63,615 bases of DNA, from positions 248,001 through 311,615 of the forward strand of contig CDROCS010001688.1 in NCBI GenBank assembly GCA_977020255.1, written 5' to 3'. Both the position numbers and the translations under genes were made by a program. Within the stretch, counting starts at the first letter, position 1, and each line of letters begins with the position of its first letter. Below, piece after piece: positions 21,408-30,899 of this stretch. The DNA is from Obrimoposthia wandeli (taxonomy: Eukaryota). The notes below the pieces were generated by a model. The model was given only the letters and a program-made list of their open reading frames with translations, did not search any database and had not been told where the DNA came from.

Positions 21408-21647
21408 TTAAAAACGATGAACGTATACGTTATTTACCGCTAGTTGCTGCATCCCATCATATTCATGCCATTCAGGTGATACGTTCTCTTGAACTTGATT
21501 ATTAAACAGTTCTAATGTTTCACCGTAAGGCGTGTCTATTTGTGGTTCTCTTATATCTTCTGCTCTTACCGATAACTGCATGGTAAGCAGTAATAGAATA
21601 AGAGTTGGAAGCACCCAACTAGGTGCCTCCGGTTTGTTTGATTGCAT
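21408..21647 (-). CDS. Small exported/membrane hypothetical protein (79 aa)
   Basis: SD AGAGG; hydrophobic stretch VLPTLILLLLTMQL with a VRA cleavage-like site. Confidence 0.6.
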   Translation of the reverse strand: MQSNKPEAPSWVLPTLILLLLTMQLSVRAEDIREPQIDTPYGETLELFNNQVQENVSPEWHEYDGMQQLAVNNVYVHRF

Positions 21648-21699
21648 CTATATCGCCTCTGCCAATTCAATGAAATACACGATCTTTAATACAACCTCT

Positions 21700-22458
21700 T
21701 TATGGGTATGTATGTGCGGTATAGACATCATTTTGAGTGCTGCGAAGGGTTACACGGCGGTCAAAAAAGTCACTTTCAAAGTTTTGTTCCGATTTTAATG
21801 GCTCTAAATCACCGTAGGCATCAACAAGAAGCTGATCAGTATCAATACCTTGAGATTCTAGGTAATCACGAACGGCATCGACACGACGCATTGATAAATC
21901 AAAGTTCTTCTGGCTATCACCTCGGCGATCAGCATATCCAGCTAGCTGCCAACTCATTTCTGGTGATTGCTTCATCAGCCCAGCAATTTCATCAAGTTGC
22001 TGCTGAAAAAGCGGCTCGATATCTGATGAACCAGTACGGAAATGTACGTTCACTTCGAGCATTAATGCTTGGCGCTCTTCACTTTGTAATTGCAAGTTTT
22101 GCTGCAAACGGGCGATCTCAATTTGAGCTTGGTTATAGTTAATATCCATACGTTCAAGTTCAGTGTTGCGCGCAGTTAGCTCTACCATGTCTTCGTTTTG
22201 GGATTTTATCTGTTCATCTTGCCCAACGGCTGTACCTATAATTCCACCGACCATTGCGCCAATAATCGCGCCAACAGGCCCGCCTACTAATGCACCAACA
22301 GCTGCACCCGAACCTAATCCGATGAATTGCTCTTGTTCGCCAACGACATATGTCTCGTCTGCAGTTTGCAGGTCAGGCTGGTTAGCATAGGCTGTCGGTG
22401 CCATTGCTGAAGTAAGAAGTGCTGCTGTAACCAACGTCGTAATTAACTGCTTTTTCAT
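21700..22458 (-). CDS. pdsO: Sortase-associated OmpA-like protein PdsO
   Basis: Signal peptide, Gly zipper GAAVGALVGGPVGA, coiled coil, OmpA domain GYADRRG/LSMRRV/FFDRRV. Confidence 0.88.
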   Translation of the reverse strand: MKKQLITTLVTAALLTSAMAPTAYANQPDLQTADETYVVGEQEQFIGLGSGAAVGALVGGPVGAIIGAMVGGIIGTAVGQDEQIKSQNEDMVELTARNTELERMDINYNQAQIEIARLQQNLQLQSEERQALMLEVNVHFRTGSSDIEPLFQQQLDEIAGLMKQSPEMSWQLAGYADRRGDSQKNFDLSMRRVDAVRDYLESQGIDTDQLLVDAYGDLEPLKSEQNFESDFFDRRVTLRSTQNDVYTAHTYP

Positions 22459-22717
22459 GATGTATTCCTCATCGTCTTATTTATTATGAGTAACCTGCAA
22501 CGCGCATTTTAAATTGAAGTCATGTTTCAAAGCGGGTTGCCGTTTCGATGTAGTCATTAAAGCAAGTTGATCTGGCAATATTGGGGAAAGAAAATGGCAA
22601 TGCGGTGATCAAATGTGGCAAAAAAAAGGCAATGTGTTTTCACCCCTTTTTTAGTGCATTTTTTGTTGTATAGTCAGCACATAGAAACAATACATATAAA
22701 AGAGAAACAAGGCTCCC

Positions 22718-23404
22718 ATGAAAAGAATTGCGATCGTTGAAGATGAAGTCGCCATCCGTGAAAACTACACCGACGTATTGATAAAGCATGGCTATAGCGT
22801 TCAAGGGTACGATAACCGCCTAAGTGCATTAACCGCCTTTCAAGAACGTTTGCCCGATTTAGCAATCATAGACATCGGCTTACAAGATGAAATAGATGGC
22901 GGTTTTTCGCTATGCCAATCATTACGGGCAATGTCTTCAACAGTCCCTATTATCTTTTTAACCGCGAGAGACGGTGATTTTGATACAGTTTGTGGTTTAC
23001 GTATGGGTGCTGATGATTACCTCACCAAAGACATCAGCTTGCCGCATTTGATTGCTCGTATTGCAGCTTTATTTCGTCGCAGTGAAGTAATGGCAACCCC
23101 TACCGAGCAAGAATCGTTAATTGAACGAGATTCACTAACTATTGATCAAAACCGTATGCAAGTTTTTTGGAAGCAACAACCCATTGAATTAACAGTGACA
23201 GAATTTTGGATGATTTACGCATTAGCTAAACGCCCAGGTCATGTAAAAAGTCGTGATGACTTAATGCAGGCAGCACAAGTGGTCGTTGATGACAGCACAA
23301 TCACTTCTCATGTGAAGCGTATTCGCAAGAAATTTGTTCAATGCGACAGCGAGTTTGATTACATCCATACCGTTTACGGCATGGGCTACCGCTGGGGTGT
23401 ATAA
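22718..23404 (+). CDS. pdsR: Proteobacterial dedicated sortase system response regulator
   Basis: IAIVEDEVAIRENY, LTVTEFW, DDSTITSHVKRIRKKF. Confidence 0.9.
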   Translation: MKRIAIVEDEVAIRENYTDVLIKHGYSVQGYDNRLSALTAFQERLPDLAIIDIGLQDEIDGGFSLCQSLRAMSSTVPIIFLTARDGDFDTVCGLRMGADDYLTKDISLPHLIARIAALFRRSEVMATPTEQESLIERDSLTIDQNRMQVFWKQQPIELTVTEFWMIYALAKRPGHVKSRDDLMQAAQVVVDDSTITSHVKRIRKKFVQCDSEFDYIHTVYGMGYRWGV

Positions 23405-25666
23405 GTGCATATGAAAAATAGAATGATGAAATTCAAACCCCAATTACGTTTTGGTCTACGTACAAAAGTCATTCTAATATCAAGCTTTTTACTGCTACTT
23501 CCTTGGCTTGGGTATAAATATGTTTGGGAAATGGAAAAGCTGCTTCGTCAGGGTCAAGAGCAAACATTAATTGGCACCACGCGTGCTGTCGCAACCGCAT
23601 TAAATGAACGCCCTAATCTGTTTAATCTTCAAGCCAGTTTTCTTAAATCAGTCGAAAAAGGCAAAGATCTGTATGCTTACGACTTACAAAACCCGATCAA
23701 ACTAGATGGAAAACTGTCTGATTGGCACGATTACGATAACCAGATGATGAATTATGGTCGTGATTACGTGCAATTCAGCCGCCGTCCTTATTCCGCATCA
23801 AACAGCATTAACTTCAAACACATGGTAGGTAAATATCAAGGCTACCTTTACGCAGTATTCGAGGTAAATGATAAGTCGCCGATTATGCGCCGTAAAAATT
23901 CGACACGGGTTGATAGAAGCGATCACTTAATCATTGCGATGACATCGCCAAACGGTGAATTTCAACGTTATGTTATTTCACCTTACGAAAGTGGCTGGGT
24001 GAATGCATTTCGTATCACCGAACCTAACGATAATAATCAAGATTCAACTACCAGCGATAATACCAGCATGATCGATCCCGCTTCTTTAGTGGCAGCCAGT
24101 GATATTCAAGGTTTTTGGCAAAATACAGAAAGCGGCTATAACCTTGAGCTCCGTATTCCATTAACGATGCTCGGTAATAAACTTGGTTTTGCATTTTACG
24201 ATATAAACAATAGTCGTAATCGTATTATTGATACCATTATTGGTACATCCAATACATCTCACCTCAATCGATTGGGAACGGTATTGGTTCCATCGCCTGA
24301 AATAGATAAAATTTTAAAAGGTATGGGTCATAACAGTTCCCGTATCTCTGTTATCGATCGCCACCAACGAATATTGGCTCAAACTGGTGATATTCAAGAT
24401 TCTGATGGTGTGTGGTCTTCATCTGTAAAATACAGTGAAGATGACGATTCGTGGTGGTCGGTACTTGAACAGAATGTATTGCACCCCTTGTACTACAAGT
24501 TTCTTATTTCAGCACCACAACAATTTATCGACTCTCAACAGGATGCTGCAAACCTGAAAGGAGTACACATCTCGCAAGCATTACAAGGCAGAGGCTATTC
24601 ACAATGGCGACTTTCTGAAGATAAAAAAGCTATGATATTAGCGGCAGCCTACCCCATCTGGCTTGATAATAATGTAATGGGGGCCGTCGTTGCTGAAGAA
24701 TCGACGAATGGCATCCAAACATTGCGTAATCGTGCTTTAGAAAAGTTGTTTAATATTATTCTAGCCATTATGGCAATTGGAACCATTACCTTATTCTTAT
24801 TCGCTTCAAATATTTCATCGCGAATTCGACAGTTAAGGGATGAGGCCGAACAAGCAATCGATAGCCAAGGACGAATTCAGAAAACCATTTCTCCCGCCAA
24901 AGGCAGTGATGAGATTGCCGATCTTTCTCGAAGTTTAGCTTCTATAGTTGGGCGATTAGGGCAATATAATCATTATTTAGAGAACCTATCTTCACGCTTA
25001 TCACATGAATTACGTACCCCCGTAGCGGTAGTGCGTTCTTCAATTGAAAACCTTTCAATGCATAATCAAGATGAAGATTCACAGCGTTATATTGCACGGG
25101 CACAAGATGGTATTCACCGTTTGAGTACGATCTTGTCAAGTATGACGGAAGCTACACGTATCGAGCAGAGCCTACAAGGTGCTGAAAAAGAAAGATTCCC
25201 GCTGAATGAGCTAGTAACAGGCTGTATGCACGGTTATCAAATGGCATTTCCTGAGCAAAAATTTAAAGTGCAAGTACCCGAAACGAATGTGATGATCGAA
25301 GGTGCACCCGATTACCTTGCGCAGCTCTTGGATAAATTAATCGCGAATGCGGAAGATTTCAGCGACAACGAATCTGAAATTGAAGTCAGCCTTTCTAGTG
25401 AAACGATTCAAACACAAACATACGCTTCTATCATCGTCAGTAATCATGGCCCTTTACTGCCTGATAACATGACGGATCAATTACTAAACTCAATGATCTC
25501 AATTAGAACTCAAGACAAGCAAAATAAGCCACATTTAGGGTTAGGGTTGTTTATTGCGAGACTCATAAGCGAATATCATAATGGCACAATTATGCTTAGA
25601 AATAGAACAGATAATAAAGGTGTGGAAGTCATTGTTACCCTACCTTTAGGTACCAGCGAAAAATAA
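23405..25666 (+). CDS. pdsS: Proteobacterial dedicated sortase system histidine kinase
   Basis: PWLGYKYVWEMEKLLRQGQEQTL, HAMP, SHELRTP H-box, HLGLGLFI G-box. Confidence 0.9.
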   Translation: MHMKNRMMKFKPQLRFGLRTKVILISSFLLLLPWLGYKYVWEMEKLLRQGQEQTLIGTTRAVATALNERPNLFNLQASFLKSVEKGKDLYAYDLQNPIKLDGKLSDWHDYDNQMMNYGRDYVQFSRRPYSASNSINFKHMVGKYQGYLYAVFEVNDKSPIMRRKNSTRVDRSDHLIIAMTSPNGEFQRYVISPYESGWVNAFRITEPNDNNQDSTTSDNTSMIDPASLVAASDIQGFWQNTESGYNLELRIPLTMLGNKLGFAFYDINNSRNRIIDTIIGTSNTSHLNRLGTVLVPSPEIDKILKGMGHNSSRISVIDRHQRILAQTGDIQDSDGVWSSSVKYSEDDDSWWSVLEQNVLHPLYYKFLISAPQQFIDSQQDAANLKGVHISQALQGRGYSQWRLSEDKKAMILAAAYPIWLDNNVMGAVVAEESTNGIQTLRNRALEKLFNIILAIMAIGTITLFLFASNISSRIRQLRDEAEQAIDSQGRIQKTISPAKGSDEIADLSRSLASIVGRLGQYNHYLENLSSRLSHELRTPVAVVRSSIENLSMHNQDEDSQRYIARAQDGIHRLSTILSSMTEATRIEQSLQGAEKERFPLNELVTGCMHGYQMAFPEQKFKVQVPETNVMIEGAPDYLAQLLDKLIANAEDFSDNESEIEVSLSSETIQTQTYASIIVSNHGPLLPDNMTDQLLNSMISIRTQDKQNKPHLGLGLFIARLISEYHNGTIMLRNRTDNKGVEVIVTLPLGTSEK

Positions 25667-25863
25667 GGCTTAAGAAGGCTTGAATATATACCTGTGGTGA
25701 ATTTATTTCTAATAGAAACTAGAAAATGCAAATATAAAATAACGCCTAATACTTTAAGCTGGATTCAAGCAATAGGTATTGGCGTTATTTTAACATAAGA
25801 GATTTTGAGCTCGTAAATAATCTATACATCAGGTAATACACTCATATAATAATACATTTATCA

Positions 25864-25950
25864 CTAAGCCATTACCGCAGCAGAATACAAGCCAATTGCA
25901 ACTATGATAGCAGCAATGGCCAATAGAACCTCAAAAAGCATATTTGGCAT
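25864..25950 (-). CDS. Putative 28-aa membrane micro-protein MPNMLFEVLLAIAAIIVAIGLYSAAVMA
   Basis: Manual translation; GGA upstream; single hydrophobic helix. Confidence 0.45.
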   Translation of the reverse strand: MPNMLFEVLLAIAAIIVAIGLYSAAVMA

Positions 25951-26123
25951 AATTTATCCAACTAGTGACCACCAAGCCCAGCTTTCGGCGCCACTCATTA
26001 CCCAGCCTAATATCAACATTGAAAGCGTCATACCGTTATCTAATAACAATATATTTACTTAGTGCTTTCAATTCAGTGACTATAGCGGAAGGTTGTGCAT
26101 TTACAGACATATTCAATCCTCTA

Positions 26124-26297
26124 TTAGTTAATGAGTTTCGCTTTACTTGATGCAAGGAAATAGGTGCTATTAGGTTCAACAAGTACACCACCACTATTGG
26201 ATGTTGTTGTCGAATTGTTCACTGTAAATGAACGAAATACACGTACTGCGGTATACACGGTAAATAAAACAAACATTAAGCTAATAATTGTATTCAA
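26124..26297 (-). CDS. Putative 57-aa single-pass membrane protein (TTG start)
   Basis: Manual translation MNTIISLMFVLFTVYTAVRVFRSF...; SD GAGGT. Confidence 0.5.
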   Translation of the reverse strand: MNTIISLMFVLFTVYTAVRVFRSFTVNNSTTTSNSGGVLVEPNSTYFLASSKAKLIN

Positions 26298-26470
26298 TAT
26301 CTCTACCTCGTTATAAGTACAGGAACAATACTACGAGAAAGAGCTAAATCTAACCTGAACAACAGCCCGTAAAGTAACAACACGCCATAATAAATATCGG
26401 ACTATCTCTCTAGCTTTCAAAACAATCACACCGTACCACTACACACTCCCCTCTAGGCATTTTTATGTAT

Positions 26471-26525
26471 TACATCCAGCTACCTCAAGATGTAGGATTT
26501 AGCATCTTGAAGTAACTTGGGTATA
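26471..26525. repeat. Degenerate copy of TATA-ended palindromic miniature repeat (MITE/ERIC-like)
   Basis: ccagctacctcaagatg...catcttgaagtaacttgggtata. Confidence 0.75.
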
Positions 26526-26527
26526 AC

Positions 26528-26791
26528 CTATTCCACATTATCAATTGGTAAAGCTGAAGATGCCTCTTCAAAGCTAGATTCTTCCTGAGTTGTATCAATT
26601 TGAGCCATAAGCTGTAGCTCTTTTTTTTCAATATCTTGATATTGTTTTTCACAAACACGTTTCGTTAATGGATCTTCGCCAAAAGTACTCAGGCAACGTT
26701 CGATGTACATCTCATGCGACATTAACAATGTTTCAGCATACGCAGTGCTTACAATCGTACACATGACAATGACAGTAAATAGGCTTCTCAT
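26528..26791 (-). CDS. Small secreted hypothetical protein (87 aa)
   Basis: SD AGGAG before MRSLFTVIVMCTIVSTAYA signal peptide; two Cys in the mature part; the longer ORF-track start runs into the repeat. Confidence 0.7.
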   Translation of the reverse strand: MRSLFTVIVMCTIVSTAYAETLLMSHEMYIERCLSTFGEDPLTKRVCEKQYQDIEKKELQLMAQIDTTQEESSFEEASSALPIDNVE

Positions 26792-26863
26792 TTTAGCTCC
26801 TACAAGTAGGTTTACACTAATTGAAGTTGATATTGGCGAACACTGCCAGCTAAAAAATGAGAA

Positions 26864-26923
26864 TATACCCAAGCTACCTCAAGATGCAGGATTCAGCGAG
26901 CATCTTGAGGTAATTTGGGTATA
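26864..26923. repeat. TATA-ended palindromic miniature repeat (60 bp)
   Basis: tatacccaagctacctcaagatg-caggattcagcgag-catcttgaggtaatttgggtata. Confidence 0.85.
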
Positions 26924-26965
26924 AAACAAAAAAAATTGGAAGGCTAAAACAGAAAGAGAACATAT

Positions 26966-26992
26966 AAAAAAGCACAGGAAAGTCCTGTGCTT
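26966..26992 (-). terminator. Intrinsic terminator of the VOC gene
   Basis: aagcacagga-aag-tcctgtgctt with A-run on the plus strand. Confidence 0.7.
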
Positions 26993-27025
26993 ACGAAATC
27001 AGTTTAGTGCAGGTTAGATTTAACG

Positions 27026-27457
27026 TTAAAGAGCCCAATCTCTATTTTGAAGCACCAAGTGATAACCATCAACATCTTGGAAGGTTTTACCTACACCTTC
27101 CCAATAAGGGTTATTGTTTTCTACAACGCTAAAACCTTCATCAATCATGCTTCTGCATGCGCGCTCCCATTCACGGCTACACGCAATATAAAAGACTAAC
27201 TGATGATTCTGATTAGGTGCTTGCCCAACAGTAACACCGCGCTGGTGAGTAAATTCCAAATGATATGCGTGCTTCGGATGCCCTAATACAACGCCGTCAA
27301 AACCATCATGGTCATCAAACTGTTTCACCATTTCAAAACCAAGCGCTTTACTGTACATCAGCGCTATTTTTTTTAGGTTATCGGTCGGTCTTACGACACG
27401 GAGTGTTGAGTCTCTTGGTATCATTTTTATCGTCCTTTGATCTTTATTGCACCACAA
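27026..27457 (-). CDS. VOC/glyoxalase family protein (YycE-like)
   Basis: LRVVRPTDNL, FDGVVLG, YHLEFT, NPYW, FQDVDGY. Confidence 0.85.
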   Translation of the reverse strand: MWCNKDQRTIKMIPRDSTLRVVRPTDNLKKIALMYSKALGFEMVKQFDDHDGFDGVVLGHPKHAYHLEFTHQRGVTVGQAPNQNHQLVFYIACSREWERACRSMIDEGFSVVENNNPYWEGVGKTFQDVDGYHLVLQNRDWAL

Positions 27458-27705
27458 ATAGCTATACGTAGATTAAGTTCTTGGGGAAGATTAAGAACAT
27501 ATAGCGTGGTAAATTCAATTTCTTTATTACTGACTGAACAGGTAAATGCATTCAGTTGATTATGGCTATACTTTCACAGCTTGTCACAATACCGTCAAGT
27601 AATAACACAAGTTAACTGCCAGCTTTGTGAGCAAAGCACAAGAGATAAAAAAGAAGGCTCACAAAATCTGCGAGCCTTACATTTTACTAAAAATATTCAG
27701 GAAGC

Positions 27706-29208
27706 CTAGTTACCTACACCACCAATTTGTTCTGCTGGTGTTTCAGACGTTACAGGTGGCCACTCTTTAAAGGTTGCTAAGTGCTGTGCAACAGCGGCTT
27801 GCGCAGGACCAAATGCCCACATTTTTTGCCCCATCCATTTAAGATACATACCAGATTCTTCTGCTGCTCTCTCATATGGGTCTCGTCTTAAATTAAATAG
27901 TAGCGGCGCATTCAACTCTTCTTTTGCACCACTCCAACCATTGTTTTGAACAACGAAATGCGCTTTCCAATCACCAACACGAACCGCTTGGAGTTTATCC
28001 CTTTCGTAATAAAAAATTTCTTTACGATTAGATTCACCCTCTTTGGTCAGCATCTCCATTTGATTGTAACCATCTAGGTGGGCTTTACTGCCGTTATAAC
28101 CTTTTAGTAGTTGTTCTTTAATATCAGCCGGGCCACCTGCCGCTTCAACTAACGTTGGCAGTAAATCCATACCATCAAACATGCCATTGCTGACTGTTCC
28201 CGCAGGAACTTGGGCTGGCCATTTCACTAAGAAAGGAGCACGAACACCACCTTCCCAAGTTGTCCCTTTCTCTCCATGGAATGGTGTCATACCACCATCT
28301 GGCCAGGTCATAATTTCAGGGCCATTATCGGCAGTGAAAATAATAATCGTGTTGTCAGTTATTCCTAATTCTTCTATCTTGGCTAGCATTTCACCCACAT
28401 GGTCATCGAGATCTTTCATCACGACTTCTTGTAAACCCCAGCCATTAGTGCCTAACATTTTTTCATATTTAGGCGATAAATGACTCCAAACGTGTCCACG
28501 AGATGGGCAATACCAAGTAAAGAAAGGTTTATCATCTTTCACCGCTTTTTCGATGAAATTGATTGTATGCTTATTCACTTCATCATCGAGTGTTCTCATA
28601 CGCTCTATCGAAAGCTTGCCATCGTCTTTTATGGTTTGATTTCCTTTACCATCAGACGTTGCATGAATGACATTACGAGGAGCAAATTGTTGGAATGCCT
28701 CATCTTTCGGCCAATCAGGGTCTTCAGTATATTCCATCGCATTTAAGTGGTATAACCAGCCCCAATATTCATCAAAGCCATGCATTGTTGGTAAAAATTC
28801 GTCACGGTCGCCTAGATGGTTTTTACCAAACTGCCCAGTGGTATAACCAAGACCACGTAAAATTTCAGGTAATGTTGGTGTATCGAGGTTCAAGCCGACA
28901 GGTCCACCAGGTAAACCAACAGAATGCATCCCTGTTCTAACTGGTAACTGCCCTGTTAAAAATGCAGAACGTCCAGCAGTACAAGAAGGCTGTGCATAAT
29001 AATCGGTTAAAAGCATCCCCTTTTCGGCAATACTATCTATGTTAGGAGTTTCACTACTCATCACACCGTTGTGATAAGCACTCAGGTTTGAAATACCTAT
29101 ATCATCGGTGAAGATAACAAAAATATTGGGTTTATCTTGAGCAGCACTCACACTTACAGAGAGTATCAGAGTGCCTATAAACGCCAAAAGTTGAAATATC
29201 CTTTTCAT
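27706..29208 (-). CDS. Arylsulfatase (Cys-type, exported)
   Basis: Signal peptide, KPNI..IFTDD, SCTAGRSAFLTG (CxxxR), GKNHLG, ADNG, KGTTWEGG. Confidence 0.93.
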   Translation of the reverse strand: MKRIFQLLAFIGTLILSVSVSAAQDKPNIFVIFTDDIGISNLSAYHNGVMSSETPNIDSIAEKGMLLTDYYAQPSCTAGRSAFLTGQLPVRTGMHSVGLPGGPVGLNLDTPTLPEILRGLGYTTGQFGKNHLGDRDEFLPTMHGFDEYWGWLYHLNAMEYTEDPDWPKDEAFQQFAPRNVIHATSDGKGNQTIKDDGKLSIERMRTLDDEVNKHTINFIEKAVKDDKPFFTWYCPSRGHVWSHLSPKYEKMLGTNGWGLQEVVMKDLDDHVGEMLAKIEELGITDNTIIIFTADNGPEIMTWPDGGMTPFHGEKGTTWEGGVRAPFLVKWPAQVPAGTVSNGMFDGMDLLPTLVEAAGGPADIKEQLLKGYNGSKAHLDGYNQMEMLTKEGESNRKEIFYYERDKLQAVRVGDWKAHFVVQNNGWSGAKEELNAPLLFNLRRDPYERAAEESGMYLKWMGQKMWAFGPAQAAVAQHLATFKEWPPVTSETPAEQIGGVGN

Positions 29209-29218
29209 GCAGTTTTCC

Positions 29219-29594
29219 TTATTTGTCAGTCTTTCGAATCAAAATTAAGCCAATTGCGCCAAAGCCAAATTCCAACCCTAAATATATAACTAGCAACCAG
29301 TGAGGTGACCCATCTAACACTAAACTTAGGAATCACCCAAAAGCTAATCCGAACATAAAAACAGTTAAGCTATACAACGCAGGTAGTTGATGTTTTTCGC
29401 GAAAAGCGCCAGATACCCTACACAAGAGCAAGATAAAGCCCCATAATTGCGCGAAAAATATGAATGACATTCACAGCTCCTGCATCTATACCAAATAAAA
29501 AAGGCAGTGATATCGCAGGCATTAAGCCATAAGACAATGCAATAGGTGTTAACCCCACAGCTGCTGTCAACAAAAACACACCTTGAGCTTTCAT
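29219..29594 (-). pseudogene. DUF4345-like membrane protein pseudogene
   Basis: MKAQGVFLL...IFRAIMGLYLALV then TAG (29418-29420) plus frameshift; the other frame continues LPALYSLTVFMFGLAFG*FLSLVLDGSPHW...GLILIRKTDK with a second stop at 29333-29335. Confidence 0.7.
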
Positions 29595-29976
29595 TTGTAC
29601 TCATCATTTAGGCAAGATAAAATAAATAGTAGACCAATAAAATGAAGCTACAAATAATTCAACTATTAGTTAGCTTATAACAATTAGTTAGGTAACAGAT
29701 AAAACTCGTTAATAATATTCTATAAACGCCTCTAACAAGATCGAGATTGTGTGATTGAAATACCCACTAATTAGAATACTTCTATATTAAGCATCCGCTT
29801 TTTCTGCAGTACATTTATTAACGTCGATTCTGCCCAAATTTAATTGTTTTCCCATGAAAGTCACTTCATCAGAAATATCCCTCAGTTTTACTTCCATTTT
29901 TTGGATTTAAAAGATCCTTGAACTACGATTGGTATCAATTGGATTAAATCACTTGAACTTACACAGGATGTGATAG

Positions 29977-30738
29977 ATGAAACTCTCGACAAGCCTATTG
30001 GCACTCACTTTTCTAACCGCTCCTGCCATTGCTAATGATACGAATATTGACCAGTCAGGCTGGGCACATAGTATTGAACTTTATGCTCAAGCACTGAATA
30101 TTCGTGGCGATAGCACAATTGGCAATTTATCTACCGATGTCGATATCGATCCTCAATTCATCATGGATCATATCGATATGGGAGCGATGCTTCGTCTTGA
30201 AGGGATTTATAATAACCAATGGGGTTACTATATTGACTACAGCTATATGAAACTTAGTGGAAAATCTGATTCCGTACTCGATGCCAACCTTAATTTACTA
30301 AAAGGTGAACTAGAAATTCGACAAGGTGTTTTGGAAGCTAAAGGATTTAAACGCTACCAATATAGCTTTGGTTCAATTGATTATATGTTTGGTATTCGTT
30401 GGTGGGATAACGATATAGATGCCAAGTTATACACCAGTATTGGTGAGCTCAATACAAGTAAGAACCTCGATGAAGATTGGGTCGATTACTTAGTTGGTGC
30501 TCGATGGATTAACGATCTCACAGACAAATGGCAGTTTCACTTAAGCCTTGATGCAGGCTTAAGTGGTGACACCAACTTTACTAGTTCAATACTAACAGGA
30601 GTGCGCTATGAAATTAATGATTGGTCTGACGTAAATATCGCCTATAAATCCACTTGGGTTGATTATAATAATGAAAACAATTTCTCCTACAATACCGCGA
30701 CACAAGGCTTTCTTGTCGGCTTGGCTGTGAAATTTTAG
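29977..30738 (+). CDS. Putative outer-membrane beta-barrel protein
   Basis: Signal peptide, alternating aromatic/polar strands, C-terminal Phe (GLAVKF). Confidence 0.75.
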   Translation: MKLSTSLLALTFLTAPAIANDTNIDQSGWAHSIELYAQALNIRGDSTIGNLSTDVDIDPQFIMDHIDMGAMLRLEGIYNNQWGYYIDYSYMKLSGKSDSVLDANLNLLKGELEIRQGVLEAKGFKRYQYSFGSIDYMFGIRWWDNDIDAKLYTSIGELNTSKNLDEDWVDYLVGARWINDLTDKWQFHLSLDAGLSGDTNFTSSILTGVRYEINDWSDVNIAYKSTWVDYNNENNFSYNTATQGFLVGLAVKF

Positions 30739-30813
30739 CTGTAATTGCACGACTTTAATTGAAATAGACATCGTTATTCACAAGCCACATCAGCACCCTG
30801 CGAGTAAAAGAAC

Positions 30814-30839
30814 AAAAAGCCACTCATTGAGTGGCTTTT
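30814..30839. terminator. Bidirectional terminator
   Basis: aaaagccactc-att-gagtggctttt. Confidence 0.85.
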
Positions 30840-30899
30840 GGTGCTTATTGATAAAAATCCATTCGGCTAAAAAAGCGATCATACTTTCTTTATTGCTGA

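Noticed and set aside
21408-21647. 79-aa ORF as the sortase substrate
   Set aside because: No LPXTG motif or C-terminal TM/basic tail; its hydrophobic segment is N-terminal.
26471-26923. Repeat-spacer-repeat as a mini CRISPR array
   Set aside because: Repeats are 55-60 bp palindromes, non-identical and dispersed elsewhere; the spacer is a 338-bp gene-containing segment; no cas genes.
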